Counted from the first letter of the whole stretch, positions 1 through 11,079 are shown. The stretch is 63,511 nt of DNA, filler included, from Klebsormidium nitens (GCA_000708835.1; 5 parts of 5 records of this genome joined end to end with filler, not necessarily neighbours in it), one strand, 5' to 3'. Notes: generated by a model from the letters alone, not told the origin. Numbers and translations: made by a program.

Positions 1-570
1 CTCATTGGCTGCGTCAAAGGACATTGAATTGCAAATTGCTAGTAGCGATAGATGCAATGAAATGAAACGGATGGACTTTCACTATGCATGAAATCCCGTC
101 CATACGAAATCCGTGATGTGAATACTAGTGCTGGCTAGAATCCGAGATCTGGAGCTGTGTGCCCCATTTTGAATTTTGACTGTGCCGCCCGTTTCCGAGA
201 GGAAATGCCACGTCAGTACTTCAAATTGCCCCAAAATATAGTCCCGGCATTAGATCGAGTTCCGTTGGCCTAGATGTCCGTTCGAATTTCATGTGAATCA
301 AATGTAGGCAGCCGTTGCATTGACCATCGATGGGGTAGAGAAATTGGTATTAAATTGGTTTGTATCGGAGTGGAATTTTTGGGAGAACAGTGGATCAGAA
401 CAGAACCCAAACAAATATAGGCCGTGGATTAGATGGTAGGGTCGGAATCCGTTATAGGCTGGCCGATGCTAAGAAGTAGCTATGACCTTGAACAATATCA
501 CGTTATGTGCACTCATTCCTAGTGGTTGTGCTTACTTGAAAAGCGCTTGCTTTCAATAGAAGGAAGTCGC

Positions 571-706
571 TTGTGAGGCGCTTTGCGTGTTCCTTGGATG
601 CATGGCTGCCGTCAATGAGCGACGAAAATGGGTCCCGTGCAACACAAAAAGACTCAATGACGAGTAAGCAACTACGTTATGAGACCCTCACCGAAAACTC
701 CAGCAC
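571..706 (+). repeat. Short (~135 bp) LTR-like repeat, family A, copy 1
   Basis: TGTGAGGCGC...GATGCATGGCTGCCGTCAATGAGCGACG...ATGACGAGTA...CCAGCA aligns by eye with 2076-2188 and 2709-2845; it begins with TG and ends with CA. The right boundary is approximate. Confidence 0.55.
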
Positions 707-1376
707 AGCCGGGGCACATCTACTTTCAATGCATGGCCAGATGTGGAGGGATGACACTTATGCAAGTGACAAAGAGCAGCGTGACTAGCCGGCTTCGAGC
801 TCGGAATTCGTCAACTTTGGCCGGACCCGTTGAACACCGGCAACAAATGAGTAGCGCACAGCATCTATATCATGGTCGTAACGTTATTTTGGATTAACGG
901 TTCATAAATTCCCCATAAGCGCATTTCTGATTTTGAAGAAATGAGAACAAAAATGAAGCGCGATAGGAATAATTTTAGTCTCAAATCTGCTTGCTGAAGT
1001 CAAGAACCAATACTCGATGCATGCCAGATTTCCGTCTTCTTTGAATGCAGTGCAGGTTGAAACGTGCTATTCGGAGGAAGCAACGGGTGTTCCTTGCTGT
1101 CTTCAAACCGCTTGATGTCGCCAACAAGGACTTTCTTTCTACCTCGTCACTGGCTGCATCTGCAACAACGAAACCGTTGTACTCGACTCTAAATCTCGGT
1201 GACGCTGCTTCAAGGGAGATGTGGAAGTCCTATTTCAAACATACATCTTCTGCTATGTTTACAAATCCTTTGCTTGTTGATCTTCGTCCAGAGCGAGAAC
1301 AAGATAATTCGGTCTCCGTTGACTCCATTCATCCACCTTTATATGGGCCAATGTACCGTTTAACTCCTATGAAATA

Positions 1377-1500
1377 TGTTGAAATTTGGTGATATGGTCA
1401 GCCGATTACTATGTGATTAGCGTTCGACCCGAGTGAGCCTAGAAGGCTAGTGAGCCCAGTGGAACGTGAGACAATAGTGGAGAGAAACACTATTGACATA
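1377..1500 (+). repeat. LTR-like repeat, family B, copy 1 (runs toward gap)
   Basis: TGTTGAAATTTGGTGATATGGTCAGCCGATTACTATGTGATTAGCGTTCGACCCGA matches 4761-4815 and 2336-2400. Confidence 0.5.
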
Positions 1501-2075
1501 CATCATTCTAAGAGAANNNNNNNNNNNNNNNNNNNNNNNNNNNNNNNNNNNNNNNNNNNNNNNNNNNNNNNNNNNNNNNNNNNNNNNNNNNNNNNNNNNN
1601 NNNNNNNNNNNNNNNNNNNNNNNNNNNNNNNNNNNNNNNNNNNNNNNNNNNNNNNNNNNNNNNNNNNNNNNNNNNNNNNNNNNNNNNNNNNNNNNNNNNN
1701 NNNNNNNNNNNNNNNNNNNNNNNNNNNNNNNNNNNNNNNNNNNNNNNNNNNNNNNNNNNNNNNNNNNNNNNNNNNNNNNNNNNNNNNNNNNNNNNNNNNN
1801 NNNNNNNNNNNNNNNNNNNNNNNNNNNNNNNNNNNNNNNNNNNNNNNNNNNNNNNNNNNNNNNNNNNNNNNNNNNNNNNNNNNNNNNNNNNNNNNNNNNN
1901 NNNNNNNNNNNNNNNNNNNNNNNNNNNNNNNNNNNNNNNNNNNNNNNNNNNNNNNNNNNNNNNNNNNNNNNNNNNNNNNNNNNNNNNNNNNNNNNNNNNN
2001 NNNNNNNNNNNNNNNNNNNNNNNNNNNNNNNNNNNNNNNNNNNNNNNNNNNNNNNNNNNNNNNNNNNNNNNNNNN

Positions 2076-2188
2076 CGTGTGCATGGCTGCCATCAATGAG
2101 TGATTCGAGCATGGGTGCCAAGCAACATGATAAAACCCGATGACGAGTACCTCGACTACACTATGACTCTCTACCATGGGTTTCTATA
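2076..2188 (+). repeat. LTR-like repeat, family A, copy 2 (5' part in gap)
   Basis: GCATGGCTGCCATCAATGAGTGA...GCATGGGTGCC...GATGACGAGTA is shared with the other two copies and is immediately followed by a PBS-like motif. Confidence 0.6.
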
Positions 2189-2200
2189 GATTATGGGCCC
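2189..2200 (+). promoter_or_regulatory. Putative primer-binding site complementary to the anticodon arm of initiator tRNA-Met (half-tRNA priming type)
   Basis: GATTATGGGCCC is 11/12 identical to GGTTATGGGCCC, the internal tRNAi-Met PBS used by Drosophila copia. It lies directly after an LTR-like repeat and before a gag-start-like GPLEGQNLNT segment. Confidence 0.55.
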
Positions 2201-2335
2201 ATAACGCTTGGTTGTGAAGAGGGCGCACAGATTCAAATTTGGTCCTTTAGAAGGTCAGAATTTGAATACTCTCGCCAATAGCCTGTGACGAAAAGGAGCG
2301 GAGAGTTTAGTTCAAATGGCGGGAGACAAAGGTGT

Positions 2336-2595
2336 TGTTAGAATTCGGCAAATATAGTCAGCCGAATTACTTTTTGTTAGGGTTCGGCCCGAGTTAGGGT
2401 TTGAACTAGTGAGCGCTGGCGTGCGTATATTCGACGGTTGAACGGTCAAATCGTCCACCACCATAAGTCTTACGGGTCTCTCTTGTTCCACTAGGCTCGC
2501 TAGCCTACTAAGGTTACTAGCCCAAGTCACACACTACTAGGCTCACTAGCCTAGCTCACAGTCACACTCAAATCAAGCTCTTGATATCCTCATCA
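2336..2595 (+). repeat. LTR-like repeat, family B, copy 2 (possible solo LTR)
   Basis: Starts TGTTAGAATTCGG, is homologous to the 1377 and 4761 copies, and ends near ...CCTCATCA. No target-site duplication seen. Confidence 0.45.
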
Positions 2596-2708
2596 CGGCT
2601 TACACTGCAGTACGGCCGCTCTCAACCGCCTAACCTCCAAACCGCCCGTGGAAACAACTAACGTGAAACATCATTGTATGGGACGTTTGGGGAGAGAAAG
2701 AAGCCGCT

Positions 2709-2845
2709 TGTAAGGCGCTTCGTGTGCTCCTCTTAGGATGCATGGTTGCCATCAATGAGTGACGAGCATGGGTGCCGGGCAACACGATAAGATCCGGTGA
2801 CGAGTAAATCAACCACACTACGACTGTCTACTATGATTTTCAACA
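2709..2845 (+). repeat. LTR-like repeat, family A, copy 3
   Basis: TGTAAGGCGC...TTTTCAACA (TG...CA), preceded by purine-rich GGGGAGAGAAAG (PPT-like) and followed directly by gag sequence. Confidence 0.6.
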
Positions 2846-2849
2846 GGCG

Positions 2850-4700
2850 TCGGATCCCGCAGCTTTGTGGTGAAAACTGGTCAACGTGGAATTTAAGGCC
2901 AAGTTCCGTAAGTTTCTTGCATACAATGGATGCCTGTGTGCATTGGAGGAGCCGGAGTCCGTGGAAGGGAGGAAAGTGTCAACAAAGCAAGGGGGCTAAT
3001 GCTGATCCACACGGAAGATGCATATGAGAAATTGATTGAGGGTCAACCCACTATAGCAAAAGCGTGGAAGAAGTCGGAAGACAACTTTGAAAAGAAGAGC
3101 AATGCGCGCATGATTCTGCTTAGGAGGGAGTTGATCGGTCTAAGGTTGATCAAGGAGAAAGCCATTGCAAAGTATCTAGGGGAATTCCGGGAGCTCAAGC
3201 CAGATGTGCAGGCGGCGGGACAAACCGTCTCAGAGGGTGAGCTGGCCGTGCACGTCTTGGAAGAACCATTGTGAAGTTCTCGGAGCTCGGCGAGGAAGAG
3301 CTGACCCTAGTCGAGATTGAGCCAAAGCTAATGCAGAATGAGCAGACGCTAAAGTTGGGGGCTGAAGCGAGGTCCTTGGAGGGGATTTCAGGTGGAGATG
3401 GAGGATTGGCGTATGCCGCCAAACATAGGGGCTACTCGAGCCCAGAGAAGGGCCGGGGAAGCTTAAACGAGCTAGAAAGAAGCTGGGAGGTGAGAGGCGG
3501 GAGCTCAAACCTGCCAACGTGCTATTGTTTGGGCAATGTGGGCCACATGAAGGCAAGATGCAGGTTTGCAAAACGCGGAGTGCCCCAAGTGCAGCGACAG
3601 GGGCCACACAAACGTGGTGTGTAGGCATCTACAGCGCGGCGCAAGTGGCCGCGCAAAGGATAGAGGGTTTGTGGAGGATGTAAACGGAGCAGCCTTTGTG
3701 GTGTGGGGCGACGACGTGGATGTGCGCAAAGGGGTGTGGATTGTTGACTCGGGCAGCACCCAGCATGTCACGGACAATCCGAGCCAATTCACGAGCTCTA
3801 ATCAGCTCGTGCGTGATGAGAAGATCGTGGGGATTTGTGGCAAGTCTTCGGTTGCAATAGGAATCGGAGATTGGAGTTGAAGTGTAAATCTGGAGCGGTG
3901 CGAGTGCGGTAACCTTGAGGAACTTGCGGCACACTCCGAGGGCACATGCGACTCATTTTGTTCGCTCTGACAAGGGCGATCGACATGGGAGCACGAGTGG
4001 TGCTCGAAGAAAGAACTGCGAAGATCGAAGCAGACGGTGTGGTCCATATGGAGGCATTCAAATGTGGGGGACTGTGGGAGATGGGGAAGCAGAAGGCATT
4101 CCTTGCAAGGGGTTCGGTAAAGGGGTACCGGGTGTGCTCCAGGGTGTGCTCCATTGCAAAGAGGCCAGTAAGAGCGGAAAGCGTGGTGAAAAAGACGGCG
4201 AAGGTCGTGGAGATCGATCTAGACGAGTCGGACGACGAGAATGAGGGCGTCGAACGAGAGAGGGGGACTTTTGTGGGGGCGGAAACTAAAATGAAGCGCG
4301 AGGGAGACGCGCCTGCGCTTAGACAAACGACGGCCGCGCCGCGGGCGTAGATTCAATAAGGGCCAATATGGGCCGATTGTGGACGGATGATACGCAAAGT
4401 CGTGGAGGTGTTGCAGGAGATGGAAAGGGCAAGGAGGCCCCGAAAACGGCGGTAGAAGCAAGCCCGCCGATGTGGAAAAGGCAATGAACAGGCCTGTGGT
4501 GCACTATCCGGACTTTGGAGATATCTCGAGAGTGCGACGGCAGCCCGTCGAGTGGTATCGGCCAAATGTGGAAGCAGCAACGGAAGCCGTGGGAACACAA
4601 GAGCCGGAGCACGGAGTGGAGAAGACGTCGCCAGAGGAGTGCTCAACGATGGCGACAGTGAAGGCTTTTGGGTGACGCCAAAGGAAAGACAACAGCCCAG
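2850..4700 (+). mobile_element. Degenerate Ty1/copia gag-protease region (frameshifted; integrase and RT absent)
   Basis: IPQLCGENWSTWNLR (gag N-terminus); AKAWKKSEDNFEKKSNARMILLRRELIGLRL (Retrotran_gag_2/UBN2-like); zinc-knuckle remnant TCYCLGNVGHMKARC; copia protease WIVDSGSTQHVTDN; post-integrase-like RVRRQPVEWY. The motifs lie in several different frames. Confidence 0.85.
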
Positions 4701-4758
4701 CGCGCAAGAGAAAGCGTGACGGGTTAGAGGCTTCGAGTGATTCGTCTGAACTTGGGAG

Positions 4759-4865
4759 GGTTAGAATTTGGTGATAATGGTCAGCCGAGTTACTGTGTGA
4801 TTAGTGTTCGACCCGATAGGGTTTGGACTAGCGAGCGCCGGCGTGTGTGCACGGCGGTTAGGTGG
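4759..4865 (+). repeat. LTR-like repeat, family B, copy 3 (truncated)
   Basis: TTAGAATTTGGTGATAATGGTCAGCCGAGTTAC...GTTCGACCCGATAGGGTTTGGACTAGCGAGCGCCGGCGTG aligns with 2338-2430 and follows GGGAGGG (PPT-like). Confidence 0.55.
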
Positions 4866-4866
4866 T

Positions 4867-5960
4867 TCAACCATTAAGCGGCCGGTTTGGAGTATAGGCG
4901 GTTGAGAGAGCCGACGTAAATGTGTCACACTCGAGCGATATAGACGTCATGGGCTTCGACTGCTGTGAAGCCATCGGATGCTCTAAAAGCCGTATTGTCC
5001 TTTGGTTCTTGCAATAAATCCAAACCGTCCAACTCAAGATCTCCCCCAAGCTTGCAATACCACAGCGCCTCCTTCACTGCTTGCGTTGCGCTCAGGTACT
5101 CAGCTTCCACTTCCGAGCCGCCACTGCTGGCTGCAATTTGCTCGACTATCGTACACCTTGAAGACGTACCCCGTTGTGGACCGCCTCGTGTGCACGTCAC
5201 CCGCGTAATTGGTGTTATAGGAATTGACGAGAGTCTCCTCGCTCCTTCCGTCCTCTACCGTCCTCGCCAAGTAGGGCACCACATCAAGCGCCGCCTGCCA
5301 GTGCGCCTTCGTCGGCCTTGCCATGTAGCGCGCAAGCGCGTGACCGACTGTGCAATGTTGGGCCAAGGGCACACAGTTAGGTACAGCAAGATTCCCACAC
5401 ACTCGCTGTATGGAAACCGCTTTGTGTCGAGGGCTCACCCTCTCCCTTCAATTTGATCCCCGTTCCAAGAAGGATGCTACGCGCCCGCACGTCCGCCAGT
5501 CCGTAACGTCCGACAAGCTTCTCTTGCGTCAACTTCAGAATGCGCCTCACTGTTGCGTGTCAGCTCCATCCGGAAGAAGCGTTTCGTATTCTCCGGATTG
5601 CGCACGTTGAACTTTCTGGCCAAGTGCGCCTTCACCTTCGCCAATGCGCTCTCTCCTCCGGCTGCCACGAGGATGTCGTCTACTACCCACACCAGAAAGT
5701 AGACCCGCTTCTCGGTTATGACTCCTGTGAAGAGCGCTCGTCCGGACGCCACGAACTTGAAGTTTCCGAGCTCATTCTAAAGGCGCCCACGCACGCGGCG
5801 CCTGGCGGCGCCTGGCCCAACCTATACAAGGTGCGCTTGAGGCGGCAGACCACCTCAGGCTTGCCTTGCTTGTATCTGTGCGGCTGTTGCATGTGGACCT
5901 TCCCCTTCAACTCTCCATTAAGGAAAGCCGTCTTGACGTCCAGCTAGTGTAGCTCCTAAT
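4867..5960 (-). mobile_element. Degenerate Ty1/copia reverse transcriptase-RNase H fragment
   Basis: LDVKTAFLNGELKGKVHMQQP; VVCRLKRTLY; FLVWVVDDILVA (YVDD relic); ARYMARPTKAHWQAALDV; YAGDVHTRRSTTGYVF; EAEYLSATQAVKEALW. Multiple frameshifts. Confidence 0.9.
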
Positions 5961-7653
5961 TGCGCCTTGCTACTGGCGCGAGCAGCGCACGCAACGTCGT
6001 GTGCTTGCTCACTGGGACGTAGACCTCGTCGAAGTCATTCCTCTGCTTTTGCAGGGAGCTTTTCGCCATTAGCCGGGACTTGTATTGCTGCATGTTTGCT
6101 CGAGCACCCCACTTGTTCTTGTGAATGCGCTTCAAGGAAACCGCACCGGATAGCTATAATGCGGAAGTTGCGGACCGGCAAACTCATTGGTATTACCGTG
6201 TAGATCCACCGGCAAACTCATTGGTATCTGTTGAAACACAGCGTTGTTGGAAGTGATATTCAATCNNNNNNNNNNNNNNNNNNNNNNNNNNNNNNNNNNN
6301 NNNNNNNNNTTAATTAATTAANNNNNNNNNNNNNNNNNNNNNNNNNNNNNNNNNNNNNNNNNNNNCATTGACACGGCAAGACACAGGGATTGGCCGGCAT
6401 AGGCAACATTCCGAGGACCAGCGCAAAGTTTACGCAGAAACCTCGAAATGGATGATGATCGTAAACTTTGCGCAAAACGACGAAATTGCATATTATAAAA
6501 CGACTAGCTACAATGTTTTTGCCTAGGACACTTAGGACGCCACGATGCTCTCAGAATGCACGAAAAGCCTTTCTCAATGCCCAAAACTTCTGCAAAAACT
6601 TCCGCCCTGCGGTACTGCTCCGGAAAACTTTGCTCAGAAAAGCGAAGTTTCCGCCCCGACTTCGCTCCGCTCAGGGGGGCTCCAACTTTGCTTTGCTTCG
6701 CTCAGTTTTCCTCCGCTTATTGCAACATGGATCTGCTACCAACAAAGTAGAAACTTCCTTCAAATATAACGGCTCTAAGAACTTACATAACAGCTCCTTC
6801 ATAAGCGTTGCTCCCGCGTTCCTGCGGAGATAATGCGCTCGAATGAGTCTAGGCGCGCAGATTACGCTGAAACCTCCATATGCCTCACCAGCGTAAGTTG
6901 TGCGCCAGCAGCAAAGACACATTGAAAATGACAGGCACTCACGTAATTGGTCAAGACATCAATTGAGATCAACCTACATACTACCGTCAACGCTTGACAA
7001 GGTAGTATAACTCGTGTCTCACCCTCAATTGTTGCCTTTCTTGATCATCACGCAGACCTTGATTGACAACAATGCTTATCCTGCAATGTACAATTAGCAG
7101 ACAAATGAGCGATTGAGGTAATCAGTGGGAATGATCCAACTCAATATCAAGCTGCAAAGCTGGTTTGTACATGAGAACTCTATCAGCAAACATTGCAATG
7201 ATGACAGTCAAGATGAACAACTCTCACACAATTCTTCAGAGAATCCACTTGAGTCACCTGCACGTACGCAAATGGCGGTAACTTACTATGCCACTGCGGC
7301 ATCCGGTGCCATCTTCAAAAGACTCGCATCTACCTGAATCTCTTACTTTATCTAGCTAGAGCTTGATTAAGAGTTCTGGAAGCCGAGCATAATGCCCGCA
7401 TAATGTTGCATATGCTCTCTTTCCTTTGGGGTTGTCTCCACATGTTGCGCTCCATTTGGAAGTCAGCCGCCTCTTGTCTGACATCTGCGATCCCCGGCCG
7501 CCATTGCTCCGCTGCTCTATTAACGCACACGGACAATGCCGTTGCAGGGTGTCATTGCACTGAAATCTGAAGGTAACTTGGAAGGCCCGCGCCATGTGGC
7601 GCCCTACAACACGGCGCCCGAGTCATGGGTTACCTAGCTAGCGACCTACTTCA

Positions 7654-8040
7654 CTGTCGAGTCTAGGCCTATATTATGTGTCGAATCTAGGCCTAGGTTG
7701 AGTCCAGGCTAGGTAGGTAGGTAGGTCACTGCGTGAGTGACTGAGTGAGTCGAATTTTGAATTTGAACTACCTATTTGAGTTGGCCACGGGCCCGAATTT
7801 TGAACTCCGACCGTCGATGCGATCATCGACGGCGGATGGAGAGATCGCAGATCGTCGGTACATACCCTAGGCCAGGTATGTACCACTCTGAGTAGTATGG
7901 ACCGGGAGGCGCCACAGGACCGACCGCGGTGCGGTCCGGGGATAGGGACCGGTTGGCGACACGACACGCGGGCAAGGCCCTAGGTTGGCCGCTCAAATTT
8001 CACCCGGAAATTGACAGTGGCCGACCGGTAGATAACAACA
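7654..8040. repeat. Possible solo LTR with internal hairpins
   Basis: Bounded by TGTCGA... and ...AACAACA; contains (AGGT)n and (GAGT)n tracts and three stem-loops. The minus-strand start TGTTGTTA resembles the family B start. No TSD found. Confidence 0.3.
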
Positions 8041-8504
8041 ATATATAAATTTAATGTTTACTTGTCCCTGCCGCAATCGATAGTAGCTTAGTGGTAGCGC
8101 GCCTGGTTTTCTTAGGCTGCGATCGAAATATGACGGGTTCGATTCTCATCTCAATGTAGCTTTTCTCGGTTTCGCCTTCTGGCGCACAGTTTACGCTGCA
8201 TAGCGGTATCACCATGTTCAACGTAAACTGCGCGCCAGTACTCACTCCTTTTTTATTTGGGTCCACGACTTTTCCCGAGGTCTCTTTTTCATCCCCAAGT
8301 GCCCTCGCGAGCAGGGCAGTGGCTAGTAGTTCAGGGAAACTTAGTTTAAGACGCTCAGACCCTTCCAGACTTTTTAAATGTGCACTGAGCCTGAAGCAAC
8401 TAAAGAGATCCCAGCGCGCACTTTACGCCCGACAGGTCGGATAAGGCTACACATCGTAACGTGTGCAAGCCTCGTCCCGTGTTCAAACCGGTACCGAGTG
8501 ATAC

Positions 8505-8812
8505 AGTGGCGGCACGGTGGGCGGCATGTGTCCGGCACTATTGAAAAGTGGCAGTATTGCGTGCGGCATATGCACGAGCCGTCACGGCAGCCGGCGAAGC
8601 TGGCACGGAGATCGGCTGCCGCGCACGAACGTGACGGCTTGCCTGTACGGCACAAACATGAGGCCGTCCGGCAGCCATAGACATTGCCGGCATCATGCGG
8701 CACTTGTTGCGGCAAACAGAGTGCCGAACGGTGGGCTGCAGCAGGTGGGCAGCAGTCAACGGCACGCGTGCGGCACTAAAGCTGTCTGGTCGGCATGTCT
8801 GCGGCACCTGGT
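8505..8812 (+). repeat. Dense array of CGGCA motifs
   Basis: About 14 CGGCA on + and 3 on - in about 300 bp with irregular spacing (hand count). Confidence 0.6.
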
Positions 8813-9211
8813 CGGTTTATTGGAAATTTTGCGATGGGTCTGTATTCATGGGCCGGGTGTTTTGATGTTCATGAGAGGTTTCGATCAGACCGCGTCAGCC
8901 TCTACAGCGAGCTTTCTTGCTGTCCATCGAGCTGCGCTTCGAGCACTAGCTCCTGATTCGGGGATAGAGTACGACAACTTGGGCGCCCATTTACCGAAGT
9001 TGCTCGACCAGCAGGAGTAGCGAAGTACTGGATTATTAGGCGGGTACCGCCCACTAACAGGTCCATCTTACCACACTCGCATGACCAGTATCTGGCTGCG
9101 GCTCTACAAGATTCTTTAAACTTTCTTGTCCAAGACCCTCACTGGGGGACTCATGACGATCCAATAAGGTTTCTTGCGGAGGTCAAGAACAATGTATGAG
9201 AAGCCCCGTGA

Positions 9212-9571
9212 TTATTTCCCGGTTAGGTTAAAATTTTTCTTGACTATTTCTTTCAAACTGCACAAGACCACGATAATCTCATAGTTCAGAGCCAACGTTG
9301 TCCATTCGGCTTTCAGTAACGCCCGCTCCTTGGCAAACCGCTTGCCTAATGTCACGGCGCTAGTTGTCATAGCCGCCCTTTTCAACAAATCTCGAAGGCG
9401 TTCGGGGCCGACCTGATTGACGGCTTGAGCAGCCATTAAATTGAGCCGGGAGAAACACCTTTCGGCCTCAGGAAGACACACAGGGAGTTTCAGATCCAGA
9501 GCGGACTGAGCGGTTGCTAGGAACATGTGAATGTCGACCATATAAGTACTTAGCGGCAAGCAACCGATCAT
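9212..9571 (-). pseudogene. Possible KDZ (Kyakuja-Dileera-Zisupton) transposase relic
   Basis: 119-codon open frame with EAERCFSRLNLMA...QVGPERLRDLL...TLGKRFAK, recalling the ERxWSxLN / MGPxxRxDxL / LGKxL order of the KDZ C-terminal core. From recall only; homologous copies at 15.5 kb and 20.2 kb do not preserve the motifs. Confidence 0.35.
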
Positions 9572-11079
9572 GCTAATACTCGCTTCTGCAGAAGCAGACG
9601 CATACGGCGCGTCTCGTGCTCATCGTGTGCAGTTGCTCGACGCCCTCACTGGGTCCTCCAACCAGAAAAGCTGGAGAGACTCAACATCAAAGACTTAAAA
9701 ACAACTTCAACCGAGCGACTCGTGGTTTCCAAGGAGGCTTCTTACGGGCTCGTGCGCCTCAGTACGCCTTTTTATGAAGGTCCAAATGAAAAGGCGCATC
9801 GTTATGGCTCTATAGGCATAAGCGAATCGGCGGCTCGTTCCTGTCTCGCGATCACCAAAGAGTCACAAGCCGCCCAACCCTAGTGGAGAAAAACGATACT
9901 TCAATAGGATGTTGAAGCTGTGGGTGCCAGCTGCAATTTTGAATGGTTTCTTGGGAAAATCAAGATGCTGTAAGCACGCAAGCTGATCATGATCTTTCGG
10001 CTGAGTTTCCCGAAAGGCGAGCGATCTTCCGTACAACCGCCGGTTAGAAGCGAGCCCGTGGGTCAAAGATTTGCAGGATCAGAAGCACAAACTAATAGTT
10101 GACGACAGGATCGTTCTAACCCTCATGTGCTGAGGCCTTGCAAGATGGAAGATTCTGCGGCTTCGGCAAGATCACAGTCCATGCATCCGTGGCAAAGGCG
10201 AAGAGTGCCAGAAGCAAGTTGTTCTTCAAGGCCATTGATATTAAGAATCATCAAAGATCAGGAAAGCCGTGTGAGGATCTCGGCATTCACTCCCACTTAA
10301 GCCCACGGCGCTCGAACGTCGAAAAGCAATTAACTTTACTGACTTGATCGGCTTTGAGAGATAAGAAGAGAGAAGAGCCGCGGCCAACTCCTGATGCCGT
10401 CAGAAGACAATCCCGAACTCGACAGCTGCTCATGGACGACTTTCCAACCAGGGGACGAAGTTTTTCAGTGAATTTATTCTTCAATCACGATGAAGCAAAC
10501 CCGTGGATTGCCATAATACGCTAAACGGTATGAGCATGCAGAACGGCTTCTCCAACCATCAAGTCCGGAGTCTGGCCAACTAAAGGCCAGACCGGCGCAA
10601 TGATCATAGCCGTCATTTATCTTTGGATATACCTGTAGTGCTGCCACTAATCGACAGCCCAAAAACAAGTCAAGCGAGCAGTAGAACTGAAATGCAAACC
10701 AAGATGGGTCTTGGTCTTGGAGACCCACCTCGAAGTGCCAACCAAAGTACTGACCTGAGTCGGAAGCAACAGCGGAGAGTCCCATTGGTACTGCTAGCAA
10801 GCGATCATGCCACCTTTCTGTACCGCCGTATTGCCGTTGCCGCTGGCAGGAAAATGCAATCATCATACAAAGGACAACATGTGAAGGCACTTCTGCATTC
10901 TAAAGGTAAGTTGACCGCTTAGCAAGATTCTTCGCCCGCCAGCAAATATGCAGTATTAAAACGGCAAGTCCACATTTCAGAAGGTACCCAAAAAAGCCAC
11001 TCAATTCAATGTTCGGGGTATGAAAACAGACTCAGAAAGCGTTGCTCGTCTCGCCTGAACGGATTCTGCGGAAGAATCC

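Noticed and set aside
1045-1392. 115-aa ORF before the first gap
   Set aside because: No recognisable motifs or coding bias; it lies among retroelement debris.
1447-2177. Long ORFs made of X residues (also at 26646-27360)
   Set aside because: They only span N gaps.
2192-2206. GGGCCCATAAC, resembling the tRNA-iMet anticodon arm in sense orientation
   Set aside because: No acceptor, D or T arms around it; better explained by the palindromic PBS. No tRNA, rRNA or CRISPR array was supported anywhere in the window.
6175-6227. 20-bp direct repeat ACCGGCAAACTCATTGGTAT near a contig end
   Set aside because: Only two copies next to a gap; a local duplication or assembly artefact. Not CRISPR-like.
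6310-6321. TTAATTAATTAA embedded in N runs (also at 30169-30180, 58837-58848 and 61766-61777)
   Set aside because: An identical 12-mer centred in gaps, with stops in all frames; this is a scaffolding linker artefact, not biology.
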